A stretch of DNA of 36,976 nt from positions 1 through 36,976 of IMG/VR virus record IMGVR_UViG_3300045988_025438. One strand, written 5' to 3'. A program made the position numbers and the translations under genes. This DNA is from a virus. Shown here piece by piece: positions 8,901-17,424 of this stretch (position 1 is the stretch's first letter; each line of letters opens with the position of its first letter). The notes under the pieces were generated by a model. The model saw only the letters and a list, made by a program, of their open reading frames with translations. It ran no database searches and was not told the origin of the DNA.

Positions 8901-9173
8901 GCGAACACTCCACAATTGGCGATGATTGGGGACAACAAGCACTACGGTGAAATTGTGGCACCTGAGAACAAAATGCTCGCAATGGCTCGTGAAGCTGCTC
9001 GATTATCGAAAGATTCGAACAGTAGTGCGGAAGTAGTTGCGTTACTAAGACAATTAGTTACATTAGTGGCTGGAATGGATTTGAACATCGATGGCGAATC
9101 GGTTACAAGAAAGATTTTCGATATCGCCAATGGAATACAACAACGAACAAATCAACCATTATTAGATTTTTAG
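5937..9173 (+). CDS. Tape measure protein
   Basis: Largest ORF (1078 aa), after the chaperone pair, with RBS aaggagg. Helical and Ala/Gly-rich, with a MGFDKINKL motif, a Gly/Lys tract and Trp-rich tandem repeats. Confidence 0.9.
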   Translation: MATKIGDVELGLVVNQQGFTNQLNGIQQKVMGFAKVLAGAFAVKKLIDFGSEAIKLGSDLNEVQNVVDVAFPKMSKQVDEFAKSAMYASGLSETMAKRYTGTFGAMSKAFGFSEQQAYEMSTALTSLAGDVASFYNISQDEAYTKLKSVFTGETETLKDLGVVMTQTALDAYAMANGFGKTTAEMSEAEKVALRFAFVQSQLALASGDFARTSDSWANQVRIMKLQFQSFMASVGQGLINLFTPVIQVLNFLLSKLLTVGNAFRALTELLTGKKSQAGGGIQETADAVGNLADNMQGAGGGAGDMADAVDDAGGAADKAGGAAKKAAKEMKSLMGFDKINKLSEPNDDSGGGGGGGGGGKGKGKGGGGGGGGLQPKGAQVDMGKIAEGDNQLKKFFEDLFGRIGELLAKFKAGFDAAFHSEGLERMKVALERIGATLQEIFTDPQVVQSFNTMLDKWAYMWGQFVGSIASVGVGIGVFLTESIANALDNHKEQIKQALIKSFDARGDMYEAAGNIVQALGDGIYKILTSEGAIKIGTAIAGAFISLYADIEEIGSKIGRDVMKAIETIVTKNAPKLTQAINTALKNIAPIFETLERAVVDVGKMFKRVYDNSIGPLILQWGDMISGLVGTIIDGFNNHVNPILEKVGKAFEGVYKQFVKPMIDSLGNAISSIAESISKVWTVLEPLYNLLASALGPILGVIAGLLGGLLLSAIAGISVALKGVFDFVSWIFDMFGEAVVAISDFADKLMTLLPEGFQLAWNDIVSIWSGLGQWFADRWNDVMSALSGVATWFGTMFTNAWNSIVNVFKSIGQWFKDRWNDVVSALSNVASWFGTMFKNAWSNIVNVFSVAGSWFSGIWGGIKAVFSGVIEFFRGIFQGAWNTITSIFSTIPNWFSNIFSKAWAGVRDVFSTGGRIFMGITEGILGTFKTVVNGIIGGINRVITIPFNGINGILDGIRGISVMGVSPFAWIGRISTPQIPMLAQGGFVKANTPQLAMIGDNKHYGEIVAPENKMLAMAREAARLSKDSNSSAEVVALLRQLVTLVAGMDLNIDGESVTRKIFDIANGIQQRTNQPLLDF
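6984..7052 (+). repeat. Low-complexity GGN/AAA codon tract encoding G10-KGKGK-G8 inside TMP
   Basis: 23 consecutive Gly/Lys codons read directly. It produces a spurious poly-Pro antisense ORF (6674..7021). Confidence 0.9.
8247..8486 (+). repeat. Two tandem 120-nt (40-aa) Trp-rich repeats inside TMP, with degenerate copies on both sides
   Basis: GQWFADRWNDVMSALSGVATWFGTMFTNAWNSIVNVFKSI is followed by GQWFKDRWNDVVSALSNVASWFGTMFKNAWSNIVNVFSVA. Related W/F-periodic sequence continues to about 8680. Confidence 0.85.
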
Positions 9174-9185
9174 GAGGTGCATAGA

Positions 9186-9524
9186 GTGAGCGAAATTACA
9201 GTCAATGGAGTTGCTCTTGCATCTCCTACGTCTATATCAAACAGCGATGAAATCATTTGGAGCTCTGGGACTGGTCGAAGTGCGAACGGTCTTATGAGTG
9301 GAGATGTCATCGCAAACAAGAAAACAATTCAAATTTCTTGGGGAATCTTAACTCAAGATGAATATAACGCCATTCGAAATATCCCAAGCGGATTCTTCAA
9401 TGCGGTCGTGCTAGGTCAATCAATTAGAGCGTATCGAAGCACAATCACGGGTACATGCATGGGAACATTTAGTGATGGCATAACGTACTACAACGATGTA
9501 TCCACATCGTTCATTGAGCAATAG
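9186..9524 (+). CDS. Small tail component in the post-TMP (Dit / gpM) position
   Basis: GTG at 9186 lies 8 nt after aggagg; the tracked start 9177 overlaps the RBS. 112 aa is short for a Dit. Assigned by synteny only. Confidence 0.4.
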   Translation: MSEITVNGVALASPTSISNSDEIIWSSGTGRSANGLMSGDVIANKKTIQISWGILTQDEYNAIRNIPSGFFNAVVLGQSIRAYRSTITGTCMGTFSDGITYYNDVSTSFIEQ

Positions 9525-9534
9525 AGGTGATGAA

Positions 9535-11472
9535 ATGCTGGAAACAACTCAAGAGTATAGAGATGCGATTGTGTCTGATGTCCGAGTGATTCACGCCTCA
9601 TTCACGCTCAACAATCAGACTTATGACAAAACACATCTAAAGAAAATCGAACATGATGCTTCCATCTCTGGAGGCTCATCGTTCGTACCTGGTGGAACAT
9701 TTATCAATTCGCTATCTATCGAACTGAATCAGATAGTTGAAGGAATTGAGGAGATGATGCCATCAACAGCGAGCCTCGGAGTTCAAACAATTGACGGTCA
9801 AGCGGCAATGTTGCCCCTTGGTCGTTTTTTTGTGACCGAAATCAAGCTCGACCGTAATTCTAAAATTACAAAATTAAAGCTTCAAGATGAATTCGTGAGA
9901 TTGCTTGGACAGTACGATAGCAAACTCTCGTATCCATCAAGTTCACGAGAAGTATTCCAAGAAATCGTGACGATGACTGGAATCCCTGTGAGTGATGCAA
10001 TCAATCTCCCAGATGTGTCCATTAAGACCAAATTAGAGAAAACAACATTCAGAGATGCCATCATGTATCTCGCTCAATTGGATGGAACATTCGCACGATT
10101 CAATCGTGATGGAAAGCTTGACTTTATCGATTTGAAGGCTACAACGAAACAAATCACGAGAAGTCAATATGGTGCAACTGGATTGGTTCGAGACGAAATC
10201 AAGTACAAACTTGGCTCTATTGAATGTACTGTCGATAAGACCAAGATTGTGGCTGGGAATCGCTCGGGGAACAAGATGGTTCTCAAGAATCCATGGATGA
10301 CTCAACAATTGCTCGATAGATTGTACAACAAGTACAGAGATTTGAGCTTCTATCCTTACGAATTATCATGGCGTGGCGACATCGACACCGAACCAGGTGA
10401 CTGGGTATCAGTTTACTGGGGTTCGGAGAATACACGATTCGACATTCCTGTGTTCTCGCATCACATCACTTTTGATGGTGGATTGAGTTCGAAGACCAAC
10501 GCAAAAGAATCGGGTCAATCTCAATCACAATACAAGTATCGTGGACCCGTCCAAGAAAAGCTTGATTACATTGAGAGCCTTACAACTAAGATAGGCCGCT
10601 TGTATTTGGACGATGCTGAGCCTATCAACCCTAAAGAGGGCGACAAATGGATGAAACCAAGTGGTGGATATGCCATCATGTATGAACGTGTGGACGGTCA
10701 ATGGATCCGTAAGGTGGACACCGCTGATTTAAACAAGATTATCGAGACCATCACGACCGATGAAGTGATTGCGAAGAAGATTAGTGCTGGATTGATTCAA
10801 TCATTAGAAATCAACGCACGACAAATCACAGCGGGCTCGCTCGATTTGAACCGAATCTCAATCACGAATGGCAGCAAGCCAATCATGGAAGTTCGAGATG
10901 GCAAAATCTACTTCGATGTGTCAAATGTCGAAGATTTCAAGAAGCCAATCAAGGAAGTCGAAGCAAAGCTCGAGATGAAGGCGGACAAGCTTATCACAGA
11001 AGACCAATTGAAACATCTACAAGACCAACAATTGGTAATGATGCAAGAGATGAAAGCAAAAGCGACTCTCGAGACGGTCTTAGAGTGGAAGGCTAAATAT
11101 GAAGCATTCGTCAAGACGAACGAATCAGACAGAAAACAAGCACAAGATGACCTTGTGTCGCTCTCTCAACGCATGATTGGGATTCAAAACGACTTAGGTT
11201 CTATGACAGCTATTTGGAACGCAATCGACCGCAATATGAAATTCGGGAATGAAGGGCTCTCGATTGGGAATCCTCAAGGGGATAGCTCGATTCTTGTATC
11301 TGAAAATCGAATTTCGATGATGAGTGGTGGTCGAGAAGTCATGAGCATTTCTCAAGGTGTAATTCACATCGACAATGGGGTGTTCACTAAATCAATTCAA
11401 ATTGGATACTATGTGGAATCTCAATACAATGTAAACCCAAAATATAACGTAATTCGATACGTAGGACCGTAG
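9535..11472 (+). CDS. Tail tip / baseplate hub protein (Tal position) with a coiled-coil C-terminal half
   Basis: ATG at 9535 after agaggtg. 645 aa, third gene after TMP. Heptad-rich segment KPIKEVEAKLEMKADKL...QDDLVSLSQRM. Confidence 0.55.
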   Translation: MLETTQEYRDAIVSDVRVIHASFTLNNQTYDKTHLKKIEHDASISGGSSFVPGGTFINSLSIELNQIVEGIEEMMPSTASLGVQTIDGQAAMLPLGRFFVTEIKLDRNSKITKLKLQDEFVRLLGQYDSKLSYPSSSREVFQEIVTMTGIPVSDAINLPDVSIKTKLEKTTFRDAIMYLAQLDGTFARFNRDGKLDFIDLKATTKQITRSQYGATGLVRDEIKYKLGSIECTVDKTKIVAGNRSGNKMVLKNPWMTQQLLDRLYNKYRDLSFYPYELSWRGDIDTEPGDWVSVYWGSENTRFDIPVFSHHITFDGGLSSKTNAKESGQSQSQYKYRGPVQEKLDYIESLTTKIGRLYLDDAEPINPKEGDKWMKPSGGYAIMYERVDGQWIRKVDTADLNKIIETITTDEVIAKKISAGLIQSLEINARQITAGSLDLNRISITNGSKPIMEVRDGKIYFDVSNVEDFKKPIKEVEAKLEMKADKLITEDQLKHLQDQQLVMMQEMKAKATLETVLEWKAKYEAFVKTNESDRKQAQDDLVSLSQRMIGIQNDLGSMTAIWNAIDRNMKFGNEGLSIGNPQGDSSILVSENRISMMSGGREVMSISQGVIHIDNGVFTKSIQIGYYVESQYNVNPKYNVIRYVGP

Positions 11473-11486
11473 GAAGGAGGTAGACG

Positions 11487-13538
11487 ATGGGAAAAACATA
11501 TTTCAATGGTAACTGGCACGTATACTCAAGATATAACGTGACTCTATTATCTCAAAATATTGCTGAAAACTATTCGGATGTCGCTATCGACCTATGGATT
11601 GGGAATGATGACGGTGGTTATCGTATCGAATTCGACCCAACATACGGAGCGTATTTAGGCGTTCAATTTGCTGGTGATACTCAATATGTAAAAATTAGAG
11701 ACTTGTTTATTGCTGGTTCAGAAAAATCTCTTGGTCGATTAACTTTCCGAGTTTATCACGATGATGATGGCTCAGCGACTCGAAAAATCTCTATGTGGTC
11801 GGGTTCAACAGAAGGAATCACATATGATGGTTGGTACGTTGGAAAATTAAGTACTAGCTTCACGGAAACGTTCAAGAAGATTCCAAGGATGTCAACTATT
11901 GCTTCAGTCGAAGGAAAGAGAGCTCTTGGAGAGGAATTGACCATCAACATTGAACGTAAGGTCGAGAACTTCACGCACCAAGTTTGGTACAAGGTATGGG
12001 GCTCTGATTGGATTGAACTTGGCAAGAATATTGGAACGACTGTCAAATTCACGCCTTCTCCTGAGAACGCAAGACTTAATGTCAACGTGATTTCGAGCAC
12101 GTTTGATATTTGTGTCCGTACATTCGATGGTGAGAATCAAATTGGGCGTGATGAGTATAGCAACGGGTGGTATATAGGACTACCAGCGAATACGCAACCT
12201 AAACTCCAAACTATTGAACTGACCGACAAAGCGAAAGCGACCAAAGACATTGTGGGCAAGAATACATTCGTCCAAACGTTTTCTGAAATGGTCGGAACTT
12301 TCAAAGGGATGGAGGGCACTTACGGATCCACAATCAAGAACTTCTATGCTGAAGTAGTAGGACAAAAGATGGCAATCACCTCGAATGGTGGAACATTCCA
12401 ATTCTTCAAGAATTATGGCGATTACAATGTCGAAGCGTATGTCATCGATAGTCGAGGTCTCAAGTCCAATGTTGTGACAGTTCCAATCAAGGTGCTTCAA
12501 TACTTCACTCCAATACTATCATTTGAGGCTGTGCGAGGTGGTGGAGACCAACAAACGATTGTCGTCCGAAGAACAGCACGAATTGCACCTCTGATGATTG
12601 ATGGTGTTCAAAAGAACCCAATGAGATTGAAATTCAAAGTCAAGCCGGCTTCTGATGGTTATTTTACGGATAACAAGGGCGGAGGAATTGATTCAAGGGT
12701 TATCAACTCGATTACAAATTCGAATGCGGACTTGTTTGGAACGTTCTCAGCTGATAAGGCTTGGATTGTCGAAGGAACAATCTCAGATGCTTATGCAAGT
12801 TTCACATTCACCGCTCCAATCGTGGGTCCTGAAGAAGTGGTTCAATGTAGAACTCCAAAAGGGACAGGATTCGGGAAGATTTGGGAACGAGGCACAATAG
12901 ATGCGAAGGGTGACATCTACTCACACAATGAACTTGTGCAAGTCGGAAGGCTTACTCAAATTGATGGTAAGTCTATAAAAATGACAGGATCCGCAAATGA
13001 TTTGATGAAGACTGGGATGTTCTATTCGCATGGGATGAGCGACCTTCCTTCTAATTTGACGGGTTCTCAATTGTATGGATATATCCAAGTGAATACACAT
13101 CCAAGCGATGAGAATTACGTGATGCAAACATATACACCGTATGATGCCAACGCCATCTATATGAGACGAAAAACACCCGTCACAGGATGGCATCCATGGG
13201 TGGCATTCATCCCGGGAGATTCATCAATCGGGTGGCAAAATGCAACTTTAAAATCCAATTGGAGACATCATCAAAGCGATGGGCCGATACAATATTCTAA
13301 GACTATGGATAATGTTGTAATTTTGAGAGGGACGGGAACTGGAGGAAATGCAGAATATAATACGACAGTATTGACATTGCCTCAAGGGTTCAGACCTACT
13401 AAAACAGTATATAAAAAAGGATTGAATAACAATTATGGAATTGTAATTGTATCAATTGAGCCTAGCGGAAATATGATAATACGCTCGAATGCTGACTCTA
13501 AATGGTTAAATTTAGACGATGTTTCATTCAAGATATAG
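11487..13538 (+). CDS. Receptor-binding / tail fibre protein (DUF859-like N-terminus, knob-like C-terminal domains)
   Basis: 683 aa, RBS ggaaggagg. The N-terminus (NVTLLSQNIAENYSDVAIDLW) resembles the siphovirus DUF859 structural family. The C-terminal segments GMFYSHGMSDLPSN...YIQVNTH...IYMRRKT..GWHPW and LPQGFRP...IEPSGNMII resemble fibre knob/head domains. Confidence 0.6.
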   Translation: MGKTYFNGNWHVYSRYNVTLLSQNIAENYSDVAIDLWIGNDDGGYRIEFDPTYGAYLGVQFAGDTQYVKIRDLFIAGSEKSLGRLTFRVYHDDDGSATRKISMWSGSTEGITYDGWYVGKLSTSFTETFKKIPRMSTIASVEGKRALGEELTINIERKVENFTHQVWYKVWGSDWIELGKNIGTTVKFTPSPENARLNVNVISSTFDICVRTFDGENQIGRDEYSNGWYIGLPANTQPKLQTIELTDKAKATKDIVGKNTFVQTFSEMVGTFKGMEGTYGSTIKNFYAEVVGQKMAITSNGGTFQFFKNYGDYNVEAYVIDSRGLKSNVVTVPIKVLQYFTPILSFEAVRGGGDQQTIVVRRTARIAPLMIDGVQKNPMRLKFKVKPASDGYFTDNKGGGIDSRVINSITNSNADLFGTFSADKAWIVEGTISDAYASFTFTAPIVGPEEVVQCRTPKGTGFGKIWERGTIDAKGDIYSHNELVQVGRLTQIDGKSIKMTGSANDLMKTGMFYSHGMSDLPSNLTGSQLYGYIQVNTHPSDENYVMQTYTPYDANAIYMRRKTPVTGWHPWVAFIPGDSSIGWQNATLKSNWRHHQSDGPIQYSKTMDNVVILRGTGTGGNAEYNTTVLTLPQGFRPTKTVYKKGLNNNYGIVIVSIEPSGNMIIRSNADSKWLNLDDVSFKI

Positions 13539-13551
13539 GAGAGATGTAAAA

Positions 13552-13767
13552 ATGAATTTAGAACAAGCAAAAACTCGCAAGACTCAACTAGAAAAAGAAG
13601 TTGAGGTTGCAAAAGAAGAAATCTATACATTTTCGATTGACAAATCAAAGCTTGAGCAACAAGCTCAAAACTTGCAAGACAAAATCGAATTTAAAAGTCG
13701 AGACCTCAACACCAAACAACAAGAAATCAATACTCTAGCAACAGCCATCGAGGTCATGGAACGATGA
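13552..13767 (+). CDS. Hypothetical coiled-coil protein (71 aa)
   Basis: ATG at 13552 after taggagag. Entirely heptad-like. Lies between the fibre gene and the holin. Confidence 0.45.
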   Translation: MNLEQAKTRKTQLEKEVEVAKEEIYTFSIDKSKLEQQAQNLQDKIEFKSRDLNTKQQEINTLATAIEVMER

Positions 13768-14189
13768 TGGCGGATCTAGAAATCAAGTTACTTGTAGAAC
13801 ATTTACACTCGTTATTCAAAAGTCCGTATATTCAAATTTTATTCTGGTTGATTTTCTTCGATGTAATCTCTGGATACATTAAAGCTTTCAAACTAAAAAA
13901 ATTTGATAGTAAAACGAGCACAAATGGGCTACTCAGACACATTCTTGTTGTATTAGTAGTCACGATAGTTGCCCTATACGCTAGAGCTCTCAATCATAGA
14001 GAGATAGGGATAACCACATGTCTATTCTTTATTATGAGTTATGTGGGGTCGTTGATGGAGAACTGGGAAGCGTTGGGCTTACCATTCCCCGAAGCGTTGA
14101 GACCATACATCAACCAAATGCGAAAGAATCAAGAAAAGAAATTCAAAAAAATAATCGAAATAGAAATCGAAAAGAAAGAGGATGAATGA
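13764..14189 (+). CDS. Holin (phage_holin_4_1 / TcdE-like family)
   Basis: 141 aa with about three hydrophobic helices. The motif FFDVISGYIKAFKLKKFDSKTSTNGLLRH is typical of this holin family. The tail is charged. Confidence 0.75.
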   Translation: MMADLEIKLLVEHLHSLFKSPYIQILFWLIFFDVISGYIKAFKLKKFDSKTSTNGLLRHILVVLVVTIVALYARALNHREIGITTCLFFIMSYVGSLMENWEALGLPFPEALRPYINQMRKNQEKKFKKIIEIEIEKKEDE

Positions 14190-14548
14190 ACATGGAACAA
14201 TTACAAGCAACAATCATCAATGGAATCGTGAGCGTATTAGTCGTATTAGTAGGACTAGCATTCACAGGATTGAAAGGGTTTATCCAAACAAAGGCGACAG
14301 AATTGAAAGCTAAAACAGATGCTAAGAACTACGAGCTTGCAAAATCTATCGCTTCCACAGTTGTGAACGCTGTGGAACAAATCTTCAAGGATGTGCAAAA
14401 TGCAAGTCAAGACAAATTCCAAACAGCATTCGACAACTTAACGAAGGAACTTGAAAAAGCTGGAATCAACTTGGATGATGCATCGAAGAGAGTATTGATT
14501 GAATCTGTCGTGAATGGATTCAATGAATTGAAAAAGATTGAAGGCTAA
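14186..14548 (+). CDS. Second holin-like protein (LL-H family type)
   Basis: 120 aa, one N-terminal TM helix (IINGIVSVLVVLVGLAFTGL) then an amphipathic charged region. ATGA overlap with the first holin. Confidence 0.6.
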   Translation: MNMEQLQATIINGIVSVLVVLVGLAFTGLKGFIQTKATELKAKTDAKNYELAKSIASTVVNAVEQIFKDVQNASQDKFQTAFDNLTKELEKAGINLDDASKRVLIESVVNGFNELKKIEG

Positions 14549-14563
14549 GAATACGGATCCACA

Positions 14564-14594
14564 GAGGGCTCATTGCGAGTCCTCTTTCTATTTT
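14564..14594 (+). terminator. Rho-independent terminator inside the lysis cassette
   Basis: Stem gagggctc/gagtcctc (one G-U pair), loop attgc, then tttctatttt. Confidence 0.5.
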
Positions 14595-14608
14595 GAAAGG
14601 AGGAACGT

Positions 14609-16180
14609 ATGGAGAAAATAATCAATAAACATTTAACCATTTCATCATCGAGTAGAGGCGTTGAAAGGTTAAAGCATGAGATTTACAGCAAGGACAAGGG
14701 GACAGCAACATTCAAGTTCACGACCGATGAACTGACAGCCTCGAAAGTTCTTTGCTTATTTTATTTTAAGTACACGAAACGATACAAAACAGTTGAGGCT
14801 ACAATTGAGGGCAACACGATTACAGTTCCTTTTGATAGTTCTTTAATCACTACCGATGAACCTGTTGTGGGCTATATCTATTTTGAAAAAGTAGAACAAT
14901 CAATGGATGTATATTCGTTTGTATTTAATGTACGAGTTAGTGAAATTGATAGAGCTCAGGAAACACCACTAATCGAACGCAAAACGGGGCGAATTGTGGA
15001 TGTTGATAGTATTGTGACTAAGCAAGAGCTTGATGAACTGTTCGCCAAAATTAAAGCACAAGGTGGAACGTATGACGATAGTGGGTTGCGTGGCGAGATT
15101 TCGCAAATTTCGAGCAAAATTGAGGCTTTAGAACAAAAGACGGATAAAGATACCATCTACAATGACGAGCCTCTAAAACAACGTATATCGGCTCTAGAGA
15201 GCAAGCCCGAAATCGACACGAGCAACTTTGCAACCAAACAAGAACTACAAAACATTGTCTTAACACCCGGACCGAAAGGTGACAAGGGTGAAACTGGTGA
15301 GCGTGGACCGATAGGACCGCAAGGATTGACGGGACCAAGAGGGGCGGACGGTCAGCAAGGCTTACAAGGTATTCCAGGCGAACGAGGTCAAGACGGACAA
15401 CCAGGTCAAAAAGGTGATACAGGCGAACGAGGTCCGCAAGGTATTCAAGGGGCAACGGGTCCTAAAGGCGAAAACGGTCGAGATGGTCGAGATGGCGTGG
15501 GCATTCCACAAAAGTTGAGCATCGCTGGGAACGTGGTGACTCTGTCTGATGGTGGTGGAAGCATTACGCTCCCAACCGCAACAGCATCAAACACAGGCGG
15601 TCAAGTGAATGAATATGAAATCCATGGGACAGGAATGCCTAACGGAAAAGTTACTGCACCAGTAGGAACTACTTATGTGGATACAGCAGTCACAAACGGT
15701 GCTCTTAAATGGATAAAAAGACGAGGCAACGACAATCAAGGATGGGAGGTACTGACTGGTGACACGGGTTGGCGTACACTTCCAATCGTTTCAAAGTTGG
15801 GCGGTTCATTCTTAAAAATTCGCAGAAAAAACGACACGATTATATACCAATTTGGCGGTTTAAGTTGGGGTTGGTTCGGTGTTATTCGCAGAGGCGGTGC
15901 AGGTTATCAAGTTCAAGGGTCAGACCGTGAACGAAATTGTTACATTTTAGGTTTAAATGGCGTTCCTCAAGGATTTCGCTCTGAGGCTTCCCTCATTGGA
16001 GGAATATACAACGACAAGGGAATACCATATGGAACGTGGTATTTGGGAGGGGCTGGAGACAGTAACATGTTACGCTTCCAATTTATCGACCCCGTACCGA
16101 CAGACCGTGACATCGGAGATATTCGAGTGAGCTTGATTACGTATTTAACGAGCGAACCTTGGCCGACAACATTACCATAA
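14609..16180 (+). CDS. BppU-N-like / collagen-triple-helix / globular C-terminal domain protein (fibre-like structural protein or moron)
   Basis: 523 aa, RBS aaggagg. The N-terminal roughly 100 aa resemble the baseplate upper protein Ig-like domain. A coiled-coil region precedes 26 uninterrupted G-X-Y triplets. The C-terminal domain contains GDTGWRTL. Confidence 0.65.
   Translation: MEKIINKHLTISSSSRGVERLKHEIYSKDKGTATFKFTTDELTASKVLCLFYFKYTKRYKTVEATIEGNTITVPFDSSLITTDEPVVGYIYFEKVEQSMDVYSFVFNVRVSEIDRAQETPLIERKTGRIVDVDSIVTKQELDELFAKIKAQGGTYDDSGLRGEISQISSKIEALEQKTDKDTIYNDEPLKQRISALESKPEIDTSNFATKQELQNIVLTPGPKGDKGETGERGPIGPQGLTGPRGADGQQGLQGIPGERGQDGQPGQKGDTGERGPQGIQGATGPKGENGRDGRDGVGIPQKLSIAGNVVTLSDGGGSITLPTATASNTGGQVNEYEIHGTGMPNGKVTAPVGTTYVDTAVTNGALKWIKRRGNDNQGWEVLTGDTGWRTLPIVSKLGGSFLKIRRKNDTIIYQFGGLSWGWFGVIRRGGAGYQVQGSDRERNCYILGLNGVPQGFRSEASLIGGIYNDKGIPYGTWYLGGAGDSNMLRFQFIDPVPTDRDIGDIRVSLITYLTSEPWPTTLP
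15269..15502 (+). repeat. Collagen-like G-X-Y repeat region (26 triplets)
   Basis: [78 protein letters not shown], read from the ORF. Confidence 0.9.
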
Positions 16181-16199
16181 TTTAAGGAGGAATATATAA

Positions 16200-17084
16200 A
16201 TGGCAACAGTTAGAGAAGTACTTGATTTTATTGTGTATTTGGCAAAGATTGGGAGTGGCGTGGATAACGACCAAATGTATGGATTCCAATGTGCTGACAT
16301 CCCAGCTTATATCTCATACCACTATTTTGGAAAATGGCTTTGGGGCAATGCCATTGACTTGCTCGATTCAGCAAAAGCACAAGGATTTGAAGTGATTTAT
16401 GAAGGTGATGGCGTAATCGCTAAGGCTGGAGACATCTTTGTGATGTCCGTTCCAGGTAGCCCATACGGTCACACAGGAATCGTCATTGAAGATTCTGATG
16501 GATATACTCTGAAGACTATTGAACAAAATATCGATGGTAATTGGGACTTCCTTGAGGTTGGTGGTCCCGCTCGATTCAACACACGCTCATACGCTGGGAT
16601 GGTTGGATATATTCGATTCCCTTATGGATCCGATACGAGCACACCTGTCCAACGAGAAGGATGGATTCAAGATTCTGTTGGTTGGTACTTCAAGAATCAA
16701 GATGGCACATATCCAATGAGCACATGGAAGAATATCGATGGAAACTGGTTCAGATTCAACAAAGACGGATATGCTCTTGAAAATCAATGGTATCAAGATG
16801 AACAAGGGCTTTGGTATTGGTTGAAGCCTGGAGGCTACATGGCTATCGGATGGCACAACATCGGTGGCAAGTGGTACTTCTTCAACAATGTCGGAGAGAT
16901 GAAGACAGGTTGGATTCAATACTTCGACAAGTGGTACTATTGCAACGAATCAAACGGGGACATGGTATCCAAGGAAGTTCGCAAGATTGGTGACAAGTTC
17001 TACTATTTCAATGGAAATGGTGAAATGTTGGAACGTGCTGCTGTCTATGTAGACGAGAACGGTGCAATGCATTTTGAAGGATAA
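16200..17084 (+). CDS. Endolysin: N-terminal CHAP amidase/peptidase domain plus C-terminal choline-binding-type (CW_binding_1) repeats
   Basis: FQCADIP (catalytic Cys) and GHTGIV (His) are typical of CHAP. About six GW/YF repeats follow ([66 protein letters not shown]). Confidence 0.9.
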   Translation: MATVREVLDFIVYLAKIGSGVDNDQMYGFQCADIPAYISYHYFGKWLWGNAIDLLDSAKAQGFEVIYEGDGVIAKAGDIFVMSVPGSPYGHTGIVIEDSDGYTLKTIEQNIDGNWDFLEVGGPARFNTRSYAGMVGYIRFPYGSDTSTPVQREGWIQDSVGWYFKNQDGTYPMSTWKNIDGNWFRFNKDGYALENQWYQDEQGLWYWLKPGGYMAIGWHNIGGKWYFFNNVGEMKTGWIQYFDKWYYCNESNGDMVSKEVRKIGDKFYYFNGNGEMLERAAVYVDENGAMHFEG

Positions 17085-17090
17085 AAAATG

Positions 17091-17122
17091 AGCCTACCTT
17101 TCGGGGTAGGCTTTATTTTTTT
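17091..17122 (+). terminator. Rho-independent terminator ending the late operon
   Basis: Stem agcctacc/ggtaggct, then ttatttttttg. Confidence 0.8.
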
Positions 17123-17424
17123 GCCCATGGGAGGGAAATGGGAGGAATTTTATGACAAGCAACACACATCAAATCAATTTTAAACGAGAAAATAAACTTC
17201 AAAAATGCGATAATAACAACAAAAATTCATTTCTTGAACTTTATTAAATATCCAATGCCTCGTCCGTAACTTACGTGGTAAGGCAGCTCGAATTCAAGAG
17301 CGTAGACGATAATAAGCATACGAAAAGCCTTGATATATCAAGGCTTTTTTCTTTTTGTCTATTTTTCGTAATTTGATATTTTGGGAGGATTTTAACTCGT
17401 GGGAGGAAAATGGGAGGAAGCTTT
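17123..17424. promoter_or_regulatory. attP region with five direct TGGGAGG(A/G) repeats (putative integrase arm-type sites)
   Basis: Noncoding gap between lysin and int. Repeat copies at 17128, 17139, 17382, 17400 and 17411, all in the same orientation, two on the left and three on the right. The core site was not identifiable. Confidence 0.5.
17324..17357. terminator. Perfect 12+12 palindrome aaagccttgata/tatcaaggcttt with flanking T/A runs (possibly a bidirectional terminator)
   Basis: Read directly. On the + strand it is followed by tttttcttttt. On the - strand it is followed by ttttcg, downstream of int. Confidence 0.55.

Noticed and set aside
15269-15502. Collagen-like region as a DNA-level tandem repeat or VNTR
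   Set aside because: The periodicity is at the protein level (G-X-Y). Codons and X/Y residues vary, so there is no long exact nucleotide repeat.
17123-17424. Search for a tRNA gene or tRNA 3' fragment as the integration core
   Set aside because: I could find no cloverleaf-compatible segment and no GTTCRAnnC T-loop motif. The same holds for the other noncoding gaps (27501..27856 and 31925..32105).
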